Assembly: GCA_002422285.1 (NCBI GenBank) | Contig: DIUF01000019.1 | Coordinates: forward strand, 5,421-69,420 | Source of the DNA: Flavobacteriales bacterium UBA6165 | GTDB lineage: Bacteria > Bacteroidota > Bacteroidia > Flavobacteriales_D > Crocinitomicaceae | Direction of reading: 5' to 3' | DNA length: 64,000 nucleotides | Shown here: piece after piece, positions 1 to 9,620 of the stretch | How the letters are laid out: every line of letters begins with the position of its first letter | Position numbering within the stretch: the first letter of the stretch is position 1 | Position numbers and translations under genes: made by a program | The notes under the pieces: model-generated | The model's database searches: none | Seen by the model: only the letters and a program-made list of their open reading frames with translations | Told to the model about the DNA's origin: nothing

Positions 1-111
1 CGTTTTCATGCCAAATGCAACAATTTATTGAACACCCAATATCAAGTAATGCGCGGTTTTCCGATGCCCGGCAGAAACTTTGAGATCGGATTAAGCTTCT
101 TTTGGAAATGA
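1..111 (+). CDS. TonB-dependent receptor, C-terminal fragment (gene begins upstream of the window)
   Basis: Frame 1 is open from the window edge to TGA at 109-111. The translation ...QVMRGFPMPGRNFEIGLSFFWK* looks like the terminal beta-strand of TonB-dependent receptors. Its stop overlaps the next gene's ATG (ATGA at 108-111). Confidence 0.5.
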   Translation, partial: RFHAKCNNLLNTQYQVMRGFPMPGRNFEIGLSFFWK

Positions 112-1169
112 GAAATAGCGCAATCATATCGATAATTTTGGTGATGTTGTTTTCATGCAAAAAGCCAACGCTGAATCAGGGTGAAATTCCAGCAACAATC
201 ACCAATTCGTTTTTGGTTTTGAACGAAGGACTTTTTCAGCACAACAACAGTACTTTGACTTATTTCAATTGGCACACCCATCAACAGCACGACAATCTCT
301 TCGAATCCAAAAATGGGTGGGGTATGGGAGATACTGGAAATGATATGGGCATTTATGGTTCAAAGCTCTACGTCGTGATGAATAATTCGCATGTCATTCA
401 TGTTCTAAATCGTTATTCAGGATTGCTTATCGAACAAATTCATCTTCATGAAAATGGCATCGGAGCATCACCACGTAATTTGGCGTTTTTTCAGGGAAAG
501 GTCTATGTATCATCATTCAACGGGTATTTGTACAAGATTGACACGACATCTTTGCAAGTGGAGAATAAAATTCAACTGGGAACCAATCCTGACCAAATGT
601 GTGTGGTTCAAAACGAACTTTGGGTTTCCAATTCGGGCGGATTAACAACAATTGGCGACAGTACCATTAGTGTGGTTGATTTGAATACCTTTTCAGAGCT
701 TCAAAAAATTGTTGTGGGCAGAAATCCAGGCTCCATAGTTTTTGATGGAATGGGGTATGTTTTTGTGGTTGCTCGCGGAAATTATACCGACATTCCTTCA
801 AAAATCGTGAAGTTGGATGCTACAAATAAATCGATTATTCTCGCTGAAAATCGCCCAATCAGTTCTGTCAGATATTGGAACAATCAACTTTTGGCAATGG
901 GTTATCATTATGAAAGCTCGAGTTCATCTGTCCATATTTTGAATACCATTGATCTTAGCGAACTCAGCGGAAATTTAATAGCTCATCTGAATATTCAAAC
1001 GCTCTATGGATTTGAGAAATTGTCTGTTTTGGGTCAAGATGTATTGGTTTTATTGGATGCACGGCAATACATCCATCAGGGAAATGTCTTGGTTTGCGAT
1101 ATGAATTTTAATGTTTTGTTTGAGTTTAAAGTGGGGTTGAATCCTTGTAAAGTTTTGTTTAATGAGTGA
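108..1169 (+). CDS. YncE-like beta-propeller surface lipoprotein (DUF5074-like)
   Basis: The ORF track starts at TTG 102, but ATG 108 gives MRNSAIISIILVMLFSCKKP with a lipobox (LFSC). Repeated propeller-blade-like segments are visible (GSKLYVVMNNSHVIHVL, GKVYVSSFNGYLYKID, NELWVSNSG). It lies directly after a TonB-receptor gene. Confidence 0.6.
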   Translation: MRNSAIISIILVMLFSCKKPTLNQGEIPATITNSFLVLNEGLFQHNNSTLTYFNWHTHQQHDNLFESKNGWGMGDTGNDMGIYGSKLYVVMNNSHVIHVLNRYSGLLIEQIHLHENGIGASPRNLAFFQGKVYVSSFNGYLYKIDTTSLQVENKIQLGTNPDQMCVVQNELWVSNSGGLTTIGDSTISVVDLNTFSELQKIVVGRNPGSIVFDGMGYVFVVARGNYTDIPSKIVKLDATNKSIILAENRPISSVRYWNNQLLAMGYHYESSSSSVHILNTIDLSELSGNLIAHLNIQTLYGFEKLSVLGQDVLVLLDARQYIHQGNVLVCDMNFNVLFEFKVGLNPCKVLFNE

Positions 1170-1177
1170 AAAATATC

Positions 1178-1202
1178 GCGCAAAGACGCAAAGAACGCTA
1201 AG
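1178..1202. repeat. Left array of tandem 8-mers (GCGCAAAG ACGCAAAG AACGCTAAG), inverted relative to 1741-1764
   Basis: Read directly from the sequence. Positions 1179-1193 (cgcaaagacgcaaag) are the perfect reverse complement of 1749-1763. A small hairpin plus T-run follows (aagaac/gttctt, 1191-1211). Confidence 0.85.
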
Positions 1203-1253
1203 TTCTTTTTTGCTTATTGCGCTTATATTTGTTCGAAACTAAAATCATAAAAA

Positions 1254-1646
1254 ATGGGATATTCACATTTAACCGAAAATGAACTTGCAAAAGTAATCGT
1301 TGATATTGCTTACCACATACACACCACATTAGGTCCAGGACTATTCGAATCGGTCTATGAAGAAATCATGTGTTACGAATTAGCTAAAAGAGGTTATTTC
1401 TTTGAAAGACAGAAGCCTATCAGTGTTTATTGGGACGGTTTAGATATGGGAATTGGTTTTCGTGCCGATATTATTGTAGAGCGAAAAGTAGTGGTTGAAC
1501 TCAAGTCTAAAGAAATGTTCCATCCAGTAGATTTTAAACAAGTCATGAACTACTTGAAATTAACAGATTTAACCCTTGGAATATTGATCAATTTCAATGA
1601 GTCATTAATTAAAAATGGTGTTAAAAGAGTTGTGAATGGTCTTTAA
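1254..1646 (+). CDS. GxxExxY protein (PD-(D/E)XK-like small protein family, TIGR04256-type)
   Basis: The 130-aa ORF carries the literal signature G-LF-E-SV-Y (GPGLFESVYEE). The conserved downstream block RADIIVERKVVVELKS is typical of this family. Confidence 0.85.
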   Translation: MGYSHLTENELAKVIVDIAYHIHTTLGPGLFESVYEEIMCYELAKRGYFFERQKPISVYWDGLDMGIGFRADIIVERKVVVELKSKEMFHPVDFKQVMNYLKLTDLTLGILINFNESLIKNGVKRVVNGL

Positions 1647-1657
1647 AAAATGATGAT

Positions 1658-2737
1658 ATGATAATTAACAAATCGTTTATTGAAATTTTGATTCCTTTTA
1701 AGATTTCCCCTCTTTTAGTTCATACCTTTCAACCTTTTCTCTTTGCGCCTTTGCGTCTTTGCGTGCTATTAATTACATTCAACGCCTCCGCCCAATTCCC
1801 GCCCCCCGCAGGACAACCCGGCACAACAGCCATCCACAAAGATTCATCAGCCATTATTGCTTGGGCTTCAGGAATAGAGGTCACTCGGGGCTACATCTAT
1901 ATTTCTGATCCTACTCAAACCCACGAAGGCAGTAATTACGCCTCATTTGGAGTACCAGAAAATGCTTTGGGTTCAGCTTCTGGAAATAGCGTAGATGTAG
2001 TGAGTTTGGGTGATGGAGGAATGGCAACCTTAACATTCAACAAACCCATTAAAAACGGACCCGGACCAGATTTCTGTATTTTTGAGAATGCCTTTTCCGA
2101 CACGTATTTAGAATTAGCTTTTGTAGAAGTAAGCTCAGATGGTATCCGATTTGTACGTTTCCCTGCCATATCTTTGACACAAACCGACCAGCAAATAGAT
2201 GGATTCGGTTCACTCGACGCCACGAAAATCCACAATCTCGCTGGCAAATACCGACAAGGCTATGGCACACCTTTCGATTTAGAAGATTTAATCGATTCAA
2301 CAGACATCGACCTCAACAACATCACCCATGTGCGCATCATTGATGTAGTGGGATCAATCAATCCAACTTATGGAAAAACAGACAGTCAAGGAACGCTCAT
2401 TAATGACTTGTTTCCCACACCATTCTTTTCCGGTGGATTTGATTTAGATGCCGTTGGTGTAATTCATGAACAACACGAAGTTGGGTTAAATACTCAAGAT
2501 GAATTAGTTATAGCTGTTTATCCGAATCCTTCCAATGGTTCATTTTATTTGAAAGGAATACGACCTGATGACATATTATTCATTGAGATTTCTAACATTT
2601 CGGGTCAAAAGTGCGAATTCAATTTTAATCCTGTGAATGGTCAAATTTCTTTTTTGAATAATATGCCAAGTGGTCTGTATCTATTGAGGCTTAACACTTC
2701 ATTGGGGTTCGCTGTAATTCGATTTGCAAAGCATTGA
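1658..2737 (+). CDS. Secreted cell-surface protein with T9SS type A C-terminal sorting domain
   Basis: The C-terminus VYPNPSNGSFYL...GLYLLRLNTSLGFAVIRFAKH matches the Por secretion tail pattern (TIGR04183-type). The start is uncertain. The in-frame TTG at 1751 gives a normal signal peptide (MRLCVLLITFNASAQ), whereas ATG 1658 adds 31 atypical residues. Confidence 0.7.
   Translation: MIINKSFIEILIPFKISPLLVHTFQPFLFAPLRLCVLLITFNASAQFPPPAGQPGTTAIHKDSSAIIAWASGIEVTRGYIYISDPTQTHEGSNYASFGVPENALGSASGNSVDVVSLGDGGMATLTFNKPIKNGPGPDFCIFENAFSDTYLELAFVEVSSDGIRFVRFPAISLTQTDQQIDGFGSLDATKIHNLAGKYRQGYGTPFDLEDLIDSTDIDLNNITHVRIIDVVGSINPTYGKTDSQGTLINDLFPTPFFSGGFDLDAVGVIHEQHEVGLNTQDELVIAVYPNPSNGSFYLKGIRPDDILFIEISNISGQKCEFNFNPVNGQISFLNNMPSGLYLLRLNTSLGFAVIRFAKH
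1741..1764. repeat. Right array: three perfect tandem 8-mers CTTTGCGC CTTTGCGT CTTTGCGT, inverted relative to 1178-1202
   Basis: Read directly from the sequence. Together with the left array it brackets the GxxExxY gene. It also encodes the N-terminal ...FAPLRLCV... stretch of the next ORF. Confidence 0.85.
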
Positions 2738-2746
2738 TATGAATCC

Positions 2747-4654
2747 CTAAACCCTCCCATCCTTTATCTCCTCCACAATCTCCGGATTCAACAGCGTACT
2801 GATATCGCCAAAATTACTGAAATCTCCCTCGGCTATTTTTCTTAAGATGCGTCGCATGATTTTTCCTGAGCGGGTTTTAGGCAGACCAGAAACGAACTGT
2901 ATTTTATCCAGCTTAGCAATCGGTCCAATCTGATTCGAAATTTGCTGGTTGATTTCTTTGGCCAAATTATCGCGGTCGCGGGTTTCACCAGATTCTTTCA
3001 AAATGATGAAGCCGTAAAGTGCAAACCCTTTGATATCATGTGGGAAACCTACAATAGCACTTTCTGCCACTGCTGGATGCTCGTTGATGGCATCTTCTAT
3101 TGGAGCCGTCCCCAGGTTATGTCCAGATACAATCACAACGTCGTCTACACGACCTGTGATGCGCAAATAACCTACTTCATCGCGGAAAGCACCATCGCCT
3201 GTGAAGTATTTCCCTGGAAAAGCAGAAAAATAGGTTTCCTTATAGCGCTGGTGGTCGCCCCAAATGGTACGCGCCATACTCGGCCAAGGATATTTGATGC
3301 ATAGCGAGCCAGTTACTTGATTGCCGTCAATTTCATTGCGCAATTCGTCCATCAAAACGGGTTGAATTCCTGGCAAGGGCAGGGTAGCGTAGGTAGGTTT
3401 TGTTGGAGTCACAAAAGGCAGCGGACTAATCATAATGCCGCCTGTTTCCGTTTGCCACCATGTATCTACCAAAGGACAACGTTTGTCACCAACATGATCG
3501 TTGTACCAGTGCCATGCTTCTTCGTTGATAGGTTCACCAACAGAGCCAATCACGCGCAATGATTTCATAGCGAAGGCTTGCACGTAATCCAAACTTTCTT
3601 TTGCTAATGCTCGAATAGCCGTTGGCGCCGTGTAAAACTGATTCACTTGATGTTTTTCAATGACCTGCCAGAAACGACTGAAATCGGGGAATGAAGGCAC
3701 GCCCTCAAACAAAACGGTTGTTGCTCCATTCAAAAGCGGACCGTAAACGATGTAGGAATGTCCGGTAATCCAACCAATATCGGCGGTACACCAATACACA
3801 TCGTTTTCCTGATAATCAAACACATTTTTGAAGGTGTAGGCCGTGTAAACCATGTAGCCCGCTGTGGTGTGCATCATGCCTTTGGGTTTGCCAGTTGAGC
3901 CCGAAGTGTATAGAATGAAAAGTGGGTCTTCGGCGTCCATGATTTCTGCTACTGAATTGTCAGAAGCTTTGTCTAAGAGAGGCTGCAACCAAATATCTCG
4001 ACCTTCTTTCATGTTGATGGCCATGTTGGTACGCTTAACGACAAGCACTTTTTTTACGCCAGTAGATTTTTCCAATGCTTCATCCACGATGCCTTTTAAA
4101 TCAATGGATTTATTGCCTCTATAGGCGCCGTCTGAAGTTATAACCAAATGACAATCGCAATCATCAATTCTTGTTGACAATGCTGAAGCCGAGAACCCAG
4201 CAAAAACAACAGAATGCACAGCTCCAATTCTTGCGCAAGCCAAAACAGCGATGGCTAATTCAGGAATCATGGGCAAGTAAATACAAACACGGTCGCCTTT
4301 TTTAACGCCTTGATCTCGAAGCACATTCGCCATTTTAGAGACGCGTTTATACAATTCGTTGTAGGAAATGTGTTGGGCTGCTTCCTCTGGATTATTGGGT
4401 TCAAAAATAATGGCCGTTTTTTCGCCACGCACGTTCAAATGTCTGTCGATGCAGTTTTTGGTGATGTTCACTTTTGCGCCGCTAAACCATTCAAATTTGG
4501 CTTCTGTGAAGTCGAAATCGAGCACTTTGTCCCATTTCTGGTACCAAGTAAAATTTTCATCTGCAATTTTCGACCAGAATTTCTTCGGGTTTTTGACAGA
4601 TTTGCGGTAGGTTTTGAAGTAATCTTCGAGGTTTTTGATTTTAAATGCACACAT
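2747..4654 (-). CDS. acs: Acetyl-CoA synthetase (acetate--CoA ligase)
   Basis: 635 aa with AMP-binding motifs YTSGSTGKPKG, WWQTETGG and TGDG...GR.DDV. The C-terminal PKTRSGKIMRRILRKIA block and the length are typical of Acs. Confidence 0.9.
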   Translation of the reverse strand: MCAFKIKNLEDYFKTYRKSVKNPKKFWSKIADENFTWYQKWDKVLDFDFTEAKFEWFSGAKVNITKNCIDRHLNVRGEKTAIIFEPNNPEEAAQHISYNELYKRVSKMANVLRDQGVKKGDRVCIYLPMIPELAIAVLACARIGAVHSVVFAGFSASALSTRIDDCDCHLVITSDGAYRGNKSIDLKGIVDEALEKSTGVKKVLVVKRTNMAINMKEGRDIWLQPLLDKASDNSVAEIMDAEDPLFILYTSGSTGKPKGMMHTTAGYMVYTAYTFKNVFDYQENDVYWCTADIGWITGHSYIVYGPLLNGATTVLFEGVPSFPDFSRFWQVIEKHQVNQFYTAPTAIRALAKESLDYVQAFAMKSLRVIGSVGEPINEEAWHWYNDHVGDKRCPLVDTWWQTETGGIMISPLPFVTPTKPTYATLPLPGIQPVLMDELRNEIDGNQVTGSLCIKYPWPSMARTIWGDHQRYKETYFSAFPGKYFTGDGAFRDEVGYLRITGRVDDVVIVSGHNLGTAPIEDAINEHPAVAESAIVGFPHDIKGFALYGFIILKESGETRDRDNLAKEINQQISNQIGPIAKLDKIQFVSGLPKTRSGKIMRRILRKIAEGDFSNFGDISTLLNPEIVEEIKDGRV

Positions 4655-4666
4655 GATTTTATATTT

Positions 4667-6562
4667 TTAATGGTGAGTTTTATTTGAGAAATAGACATTT
4701 GCTGCTCCCTCAATTTCTGGAATGATTGCAACATCATCAATGGTTGATGGAATTTGAAACTGCTCTTTATCAATGATTTGACGGAGTAATTTTCGTAAGA
4801 TTTTACCTGAACGCGTTTTCGGAAGACGTTTTACAAAAACAACATCCTTCAGACTGGCAACAGCGCCGATTTTTTCACGGACAGCCAAAATAACTTCCAA
4901 CTGAATTCTGGTTTGGTCGATGTCGTTGTCATTTTTTTCAACGACGAAAGCCATTGGAATTTGTCCTTTTAATTGATCGTTGACACCAATCACAGCGCAC
5001 TCTGCAATATGTGTGTGAGCCGAAACAATCTCTTCCATTTCTGCTGTGGAAAGCCTATGACCAGCAACGTTAATGACATCGTCAACGCGACCTGTGATGT
5101 ATACATAGCCATCGTCATCTTTGTAACCACCATCGCCAGAAAAATAGAAACCTTTGAATTTCTTGAGGTAACCATTTTTGAAACGTTCGTTGTCTTGCCA
5201 AATATCGAGTAAAGTACCAGGTGGCAGTGGCAGTTTTACAGCAACGAAACCTTCGCAGTTTGGAGCAAGTTCTTCTCCTAATTCGTTTAATATTCTAATG
5301 TCGTAACCATGAACGGGGAGTCCAGCAGAACCGGCTTTGGTTGGCATCAACTCAATTCCCGCAGGATTTGCAACCATCGGCCATCCTGATTCTGTTTGCC
5401 ACCAATGGTCGATTACTGGAATATTGAGCTGTTTTTCAAGCCATTGTAAAGTTGAAATGTCGCAACGTTCGCCTGCCAAAAATTGATATTTCAAACAAGT
5501 CAGATCGAATTGTTTGATGAATAATCCGTCTGGGTCTTCTTTCCGAATGGCACGAATGGCTGTTGGCGCGGTGAACATTACTTCTACACGATGTTCTGCA
5601 ATAACCCGCCAAAATGTTGAAGCATCTGGTGTCTTAATCGGTTTTCCTTCAAATAGAACAGTGGTGTTTCTGTTGATCAAAGGTCCGTAAACGATATAGC
5701 TGTGACCAACAACCCAACCCACGTCAGATGCAGCCCAAAAGACTTTTCCTGGCGCGATGTTGTAAATGTTTGTCATGGAAAATTGCAGGGCTGTGGCATA
5801 TCCTCCTGTATCGCGAACAACGCCCTTTGGTTTTCCTGTTGTGCCTGAGGTGTATAGTATATAAGAAGGATGATTTGATGGAAGCGGAACACAATCCACG
5901 AATTTCGAGTTGTTTGCAAACGCATCAAAATCTAAATCGATTTCATTCATCGGACGCTTGGCACCGAACTTTCTGTTGTAAACTACGACATGATTGGGCT
6001 TGTGTACTGCTAAATTGATGGCTTCATCAACCATAGGTTTGTAGGCGATGAGTTTTTCTACTTCAATTCCAGATGAAGCCGTCAGAATAATCTTGGGTTT
6101 GCAATCGTCGATGCGTATGGCAAGTTCATTCGGGGCAAATCCCCCAAAAACAACGGAATGCGTTACTCCGATTCTTGCACAAGCCAACATGGCATAAATC
6201 GCTTGCGGAATCATCGGCATGTAAATTATTGCAACGTCGCCTGAATTCAACCCCAAGTCTTTCATTGCGGCTGCCAATTTGTTGACCTCTGAAAGCAGTT
6301 GATTAAAAGTGATTTTCTCGATGCGCTGGGTCACTGGTGAGTCGTAAATAATGGCGTTTTGCTCTCCAAATCCATCTTCAATATGTTTGTCCACAGCGAG
6401 ATAGCACAAATTTGTGTAGCCACCTTCAAACCATTTGGAGTAGTCGCCAGTTTGGTCTAAAATGGTTGTTGGCTCTTTGTGCCAGCTGATTTTTTTGGAT
6501 TGTTGCTCCCAAAACAATTCTGGGTTTTCAATACTTTGTTTATATGATTCAAGGTAATTCAT
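4667..6562 (-). CDS. prpE: Propionate--CoA ligase (PrpE-like acyl-CoA synthetase)
   Basis: 631 aa. The blocks YTSGTTGKPKGVVRDTGGYA, ASDVGWVVGHSYIVYGPL, WWQTESGWP, DDVINVAGHRLST and ...TIDD match my recollection of enterobacterial PrpE better than Acs. Confidence 0.75.
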   Translation of the reverse strand: MNYLESYKQSIENPELFWEQQSKKISWHKEPTTILDQTGDYSKWFEGGYTNLCYLAVDKHIEDGFGEQNAIIYDSPVTQRIEKITFNQLLSEVNKLAAAMKDLGLNSGDVAIIYMPMIPQAIYAMLACARIGVTHSVVFGGFAPNELAIRIDDCKPKIILTASSGIEVEKLIAYKPMVDEAINLAVHKPNHVVVYNRKFGAKRPMNEIDLDFDAFANNSKFVDCVPLPSNHPSYILYTSGTTGKPKGVVRDTGGYATALQFSMTNIYNIAPGKVFWAASDVGWVVGHSYIVYGPLINRNTTVLFEGKPIKTPDASTFWRVIAEHRVEVMFTAPTAIRAIRKEDPDGLFIKQFDLTCLKYQFLAGERCDISTLQWLEKQLNIPVIDHWWQTESGWPMVANPAGIELMPTKAGSAGLPVHGYDIRILNELGEELAPNCEGFVAVKLPLPPGTLLDIWQDNERFKNGYLKKFKGFYFSGDGGYKDDDGYVYITGRVDDVINVAGHRLSTAEMEEIVSAHTHIAECAVIGVNDQLKGQIPMAFVVEKNDNDIDQTRIQLEVILAVREKIGAVASLKDVVFVKRLPKTRSGKILRKLLRQIIDKEQFQIPSTIDDVAIIPEIEGAANVYFSNKTHH

Positions 6563-6565
6563 GAT

Positions 6566-6931
6566 TCAAATTTCTAGCAGTTCATTAATTTTTTCGGTCA
6601 TTTTTTTCAATGAAAATGGTTTGGTCATGTAGGCATCAGCGCCCAAATCCATACCTTTTCGAATATCTTCTTCTTTATTTTTAGCACTCAGAAACATTAC
6701 CTTACAAGCTTGCAAAGTATCTTGATTTTTGATGTGCTTCAGTGTGGCATATCCGTCAATATTCGGCATCATAATGTCGAGAATGATGGCGTCTGGCACT
6801 TCATTTTCGAGAATTTCAATAGCTTCTTGTCCATCTCGAGCTATGAACACCTCAAAATTTTGTTTTTTGAAGGTGTATTCCAAAGTCATTATGATATTTG
6901 GTTCGTCGTCAACTATTAATATCTTCGGCAT
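6566..6931 (-). CDS. Single-domain response regulator (CheY-like receiver only, no output domain)
   Basis: 121 aa. It has the acidic pocket (ILIVDDEP), the phospho-acceptor context (AIILDIMMPNIDG) and the conserved K in TKPF. Its start overlaps the kinase 3' end by 23 nt. Confidence 0.9.
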   Translation of the reverse strand: MPKILIVDDEPNIIMTLEYTFKKQNFEVFIARDGQEAIEILENEVPDAIILDIMMPNIDGYATLKHIKNQDTLQACKVMFLSAKNKEEDIRKGMDLGADAYMTKPFSLKKMTEKINELLEI

Positions 6932-9620
6932 AATTCAGTGCTTTTGAGATGGTAAAATGCAAACTTGTTCCCCCTGATTGATTTGATTTGGCCCAAATTT
7001 CTCCTCGATGGAGTTGGACAATGTTTTTTGAAATCGCCAGACCTAATCCACTACCAATAGGTTTTTTGATGTTCTGATTTTCCGATTGATAAAATTTGTC
7101 GAAGATGCGGTCTAAGTCGTTTTCAGGAATTCCCGGTCCATTATCTGTAATGGAAATTTGAATTTTATCGTCGTTTTCAATCAGCTCAATCTGAATTTCG
7201 CCATTTGTTACGGGGCAAAATTTGATGGCGTTTGATAAAATGTTTGTCAGCACCTGAGTGATTTGGTCTTCATCAAAATAGATGACGCTATCACTATCAA
7301 TGCTGAATTTCATTGTGATGCCCTTCATTTTAATTAACTGTGATAATGCCTCAACTGCCTGCTCAATGGTTTGCTTCAATGAAGTCTCAGTGAGCAGCAA
7401 TTTTTGTTTACCACTTTCCAACTTATCTAAATCTAGAATGGTATTTATCAGTCGATTTAATCGGTCCGATTCTGTGATGATGTTGTCTAAAAATTGCTGC
7501 TTGAGTTCGGTAGGCAATTCGTCGTCTTCTTTTAGAATTTCACTGGATGCCCGGATGGCAGTTATAGGTGTTCGCAATTCATGTGTTACTGTATCTAAAA
7601 ATTCGTCTTTTTGCTTGTCTTTCATGAGCAATTCCTCGTTGGCGTTTTTCAACTGGCTCGAGAGTGATTTTAGCTGTCGACTGGTTTCTATCAATTTTTT
7701 ATTAAGGTCGATGTTTTCTTTGGATTCCTCGAGTATCTTCAAGACTTCAGTTAAGGTTACTTTTTCTTCTTTTACCACGCTTGATATGAGTATCTTAGCC
7801 GAGGCTGTTCCAATCCTTCCGGTAAGCAGATTTTCAGCGAATTTCACCAATCGCGCATCAGCCAACTCTTGATTGGTGTCGATGTCGTATTTTTTGTTGA
7901 AAATAGCCATGGCGCGTTGTGTGCGCTCTTCTCCTAGAAATTTGATTAAAACCTTTTCGATGTCTTTGCGATATGCAGTGCCACGCCAAACGTAAACATC
8001 CTCAACATTGTTGTTGTATTGGTCTATATCTACATACATTTCAGCGTAATTGCGTTCTCTATAATTGCCTTCAAAGCTGACAGATATTGTCAAGTACAAT
8101 AAAGTATTTGCCAACAAACTCCAAAATAAAGCGTGAGGAACTGGATCAAGATAATCCAAGCCAAAAAGTGCAAATGGTTTGAGCCACTCGATTTGGGCAG
8201 GCCCATCTTGAACCCATGTTGCACTCAGTGGCGAATCGCCCAAACCATATGGAATGAGCAGCGTATATGTACAAATCAAAAATCCAGTTACAAGACCGGT
8301 AATCATTCCTTTTTTCGAGCCTCGACGCCAAAATAAAGCGCCAAAAAATGCAGGAGCCAGTTGAGCAATGATAACAAATGAAATCAGGCCAATGGACACC
8401 AAGTTGTAATCCAGTCCGAAAAATTTATACAACAAAAAAGCCAAAATAATTAAGCTGAAAATACCGATTTTTCTGATGTTCACAATGTATTTGGCATTGT
8501 TGTCTTCGTCTTCCTTTTTAAAGCGTCCAATAAAAGTGTAGGGGATGAGGATGTTGTTACTGAGCATCGTAGAAAGACTAATCGATGAAATGACAATCAT
8601 GGAGATGGAAGCCGAAAAGCCACCCAGAAAAACCAAAATTGTCAAGAAATCATAGCCCAATGATTTCGGAATGAGCAGCGAGTACATGTCTGGATTGGCA
8701 TTTGCGCCTTCAAAAAGCAAGTTTCCTCCCCAGGCAATTGGGAATACAAAAATATTGAAAATCAACAAGTAGAGTGGGAAGAGCCAAGTGGCTGTTTTCA
8801 GGTGCTTTTCTCTGTTGTTTTCAATGACCATGGTTTGAAACTGACGGGGCAGCAGGAAAATGGCAAACATGGAAAGGAGTATCAATAAAAACCAATTTAA
8901 GGCTTGAGGAATTCCGCCAATTGTATTCTTTTCATAAAATTCAGGAAGCTTGCTTGCTTTTTCAGTAATATCAGCAAAGCCATTAAAAACACCGTAGGTT
9001 ACAAATAAGCCAATGACCACAAAAAAGACCAACTTCAACACACTTTCTAGGGCAACTGCTGTGATTATACCACTTCGTTTCTCGGATGCATCCACGTAGC
9101 GCGTACCGTAATAGGAAGCAAATAGAGCTAAGGCTATAGACACATAGGTGGTGGAGTCTGTCAAAAAGTTTTTGGATAAAGTTGTGTCTGTGACCAAATG
9201 AAACGTTTCAGAAATGGCTTTTAATTGTAACGCTATATAAGGCAAGACACCAATAATAATGATGATAGATACCAATGCACCCACAGTGCGACTATTGCCG
9301 TATCGAAGCGAAATAAAATCCGCGATGCTTGAAATGTTGTTGCGCTTAGAAATACGAATGATTTTGCGCAAAATGATAATCCAAAGCGGAGCAACGATGA
9401 TGGGGCCGATGTAAATAGGGAGATAGTTTAATCCACTTGTGGCAGCCACCCCGATACTGCCGTAATATGTCCAAGCGGTACAATAAACAGCCAAAGACAA
9501 GCTGTAGATAATACCGTTGTTTGTGAAGCGGTTGTTTTTACGCTTTTCTGCCCAATGCGCAGTGAAGAAAAGCAAACCCACATAGAACAGTAGAATGATT
9601 ATGAGCCACCAGCTATTCAT
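6909..9620 (-). CDS. Sensor histidine kinase with N-terminal sodium:solute symporter (SLC5) domain, CbrA/CrbS-like (SSS-STAC-coiled coil-HisKA-HATPase; no receiver)
   Basis: About 500 aa of multi-TM SSS-like sequence is followed by a STAC-like segment (ADARLVKFAENLLTGRIGTASAKILISS). The H-box is HELRTPITAI, the N box is NAIKF, G1 is DNGPGI and G2 is GSGLGL. The protein ends right after the ATPase domain. Confidence 0.85.
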   Translation of the reverse strand: MNSWWLIIILLFYVGLLFFTAHWAEKRKNNRFTNNGIIYSLSLAVYCTAWTYYGSIGVAATSGLNYLPIYIGPIIVAPLWIIILRKIIRISKRNNISSIADFISLRYGNSRTVGALVSIIIIIGVLPYIALQLKAISETFHLVTDTTLSKNFLTDSTTYVSIALALFASYYGTRYVDASEKRSGIITAVALESVLKLVFFVVIGLFVTYGVFNGFADITEKASKLPEFYEKNTIGGIPQALNWFLLILLSMFAIFLLPRQFQTMVIENNREKHLKTATWLFPLYLLIFNIFVFPIAWGGNLLFEGANANPDMYSLLIPKSLGYDFLTILVFLGGFSASISMIVISSISLSTMLSNNILIPYTFIGRFKKEDEDNNAKYIVNIRKIGIFSLIILAFLLYKFFGLDYNLVSIGLISFVIIAQLAPAFFGALFWRRGSKKGMITGLVTGFLICTYTLLIPYGLGDSPLSATWVQDGPAQIEWLKPFALFGLDYLDPVPHALFWSLLANTLLYLTISVSFEGNYRERNYAEMYVDIDQYNNNVEDVYVWRGTAYRKDIEKVLIKFLGEERTQRAMAIFNKKYDIDTNQELADARLVKFAENLLTGRIGTASAKILISSVVKEEKVTLTEVLKILEESKENIDLNKKLIETSRQLKSLSSQLKNANEELLMKDKQKDEFLDTVTHELRTPITAIRASSEILKEDDELPTELKQQFLDNIITESDRLNRLINTILDLDKLESGKQKLLLTETSLKQTIEQAVEALSQLIKMKGITMKFSIDSDSVIYFDEDQITQVLTNILSNAIKFCPVTNGEIQIELIENDDKIQISITDNGPGIPENDLDRIFDKFYQSENQNIKKPIGSGLGLAISKNIVQLHRGEIWAKSNQSGGTSLHFTISKALNYAEDINS

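Noticed and set aside
7282-7872. 196-aa ORF on the plus strand, antisense to the histidine-kinase gene.
   Set aside because: It is the mirror frame of the Glu/Lys/Leu-rich coiled-coil and HisKA region, which gives a Ser/Phe/Leu-rich low-complexity product with no motif. I treated it as a shadow ORF. The same reasoning applies to 16223-16723, 49797-50243, 2942-3304, 4310-4687, 52317-52694, 52812-53168 and the other track ORFs nested antisense or out of frame inside confidently assigned genes.
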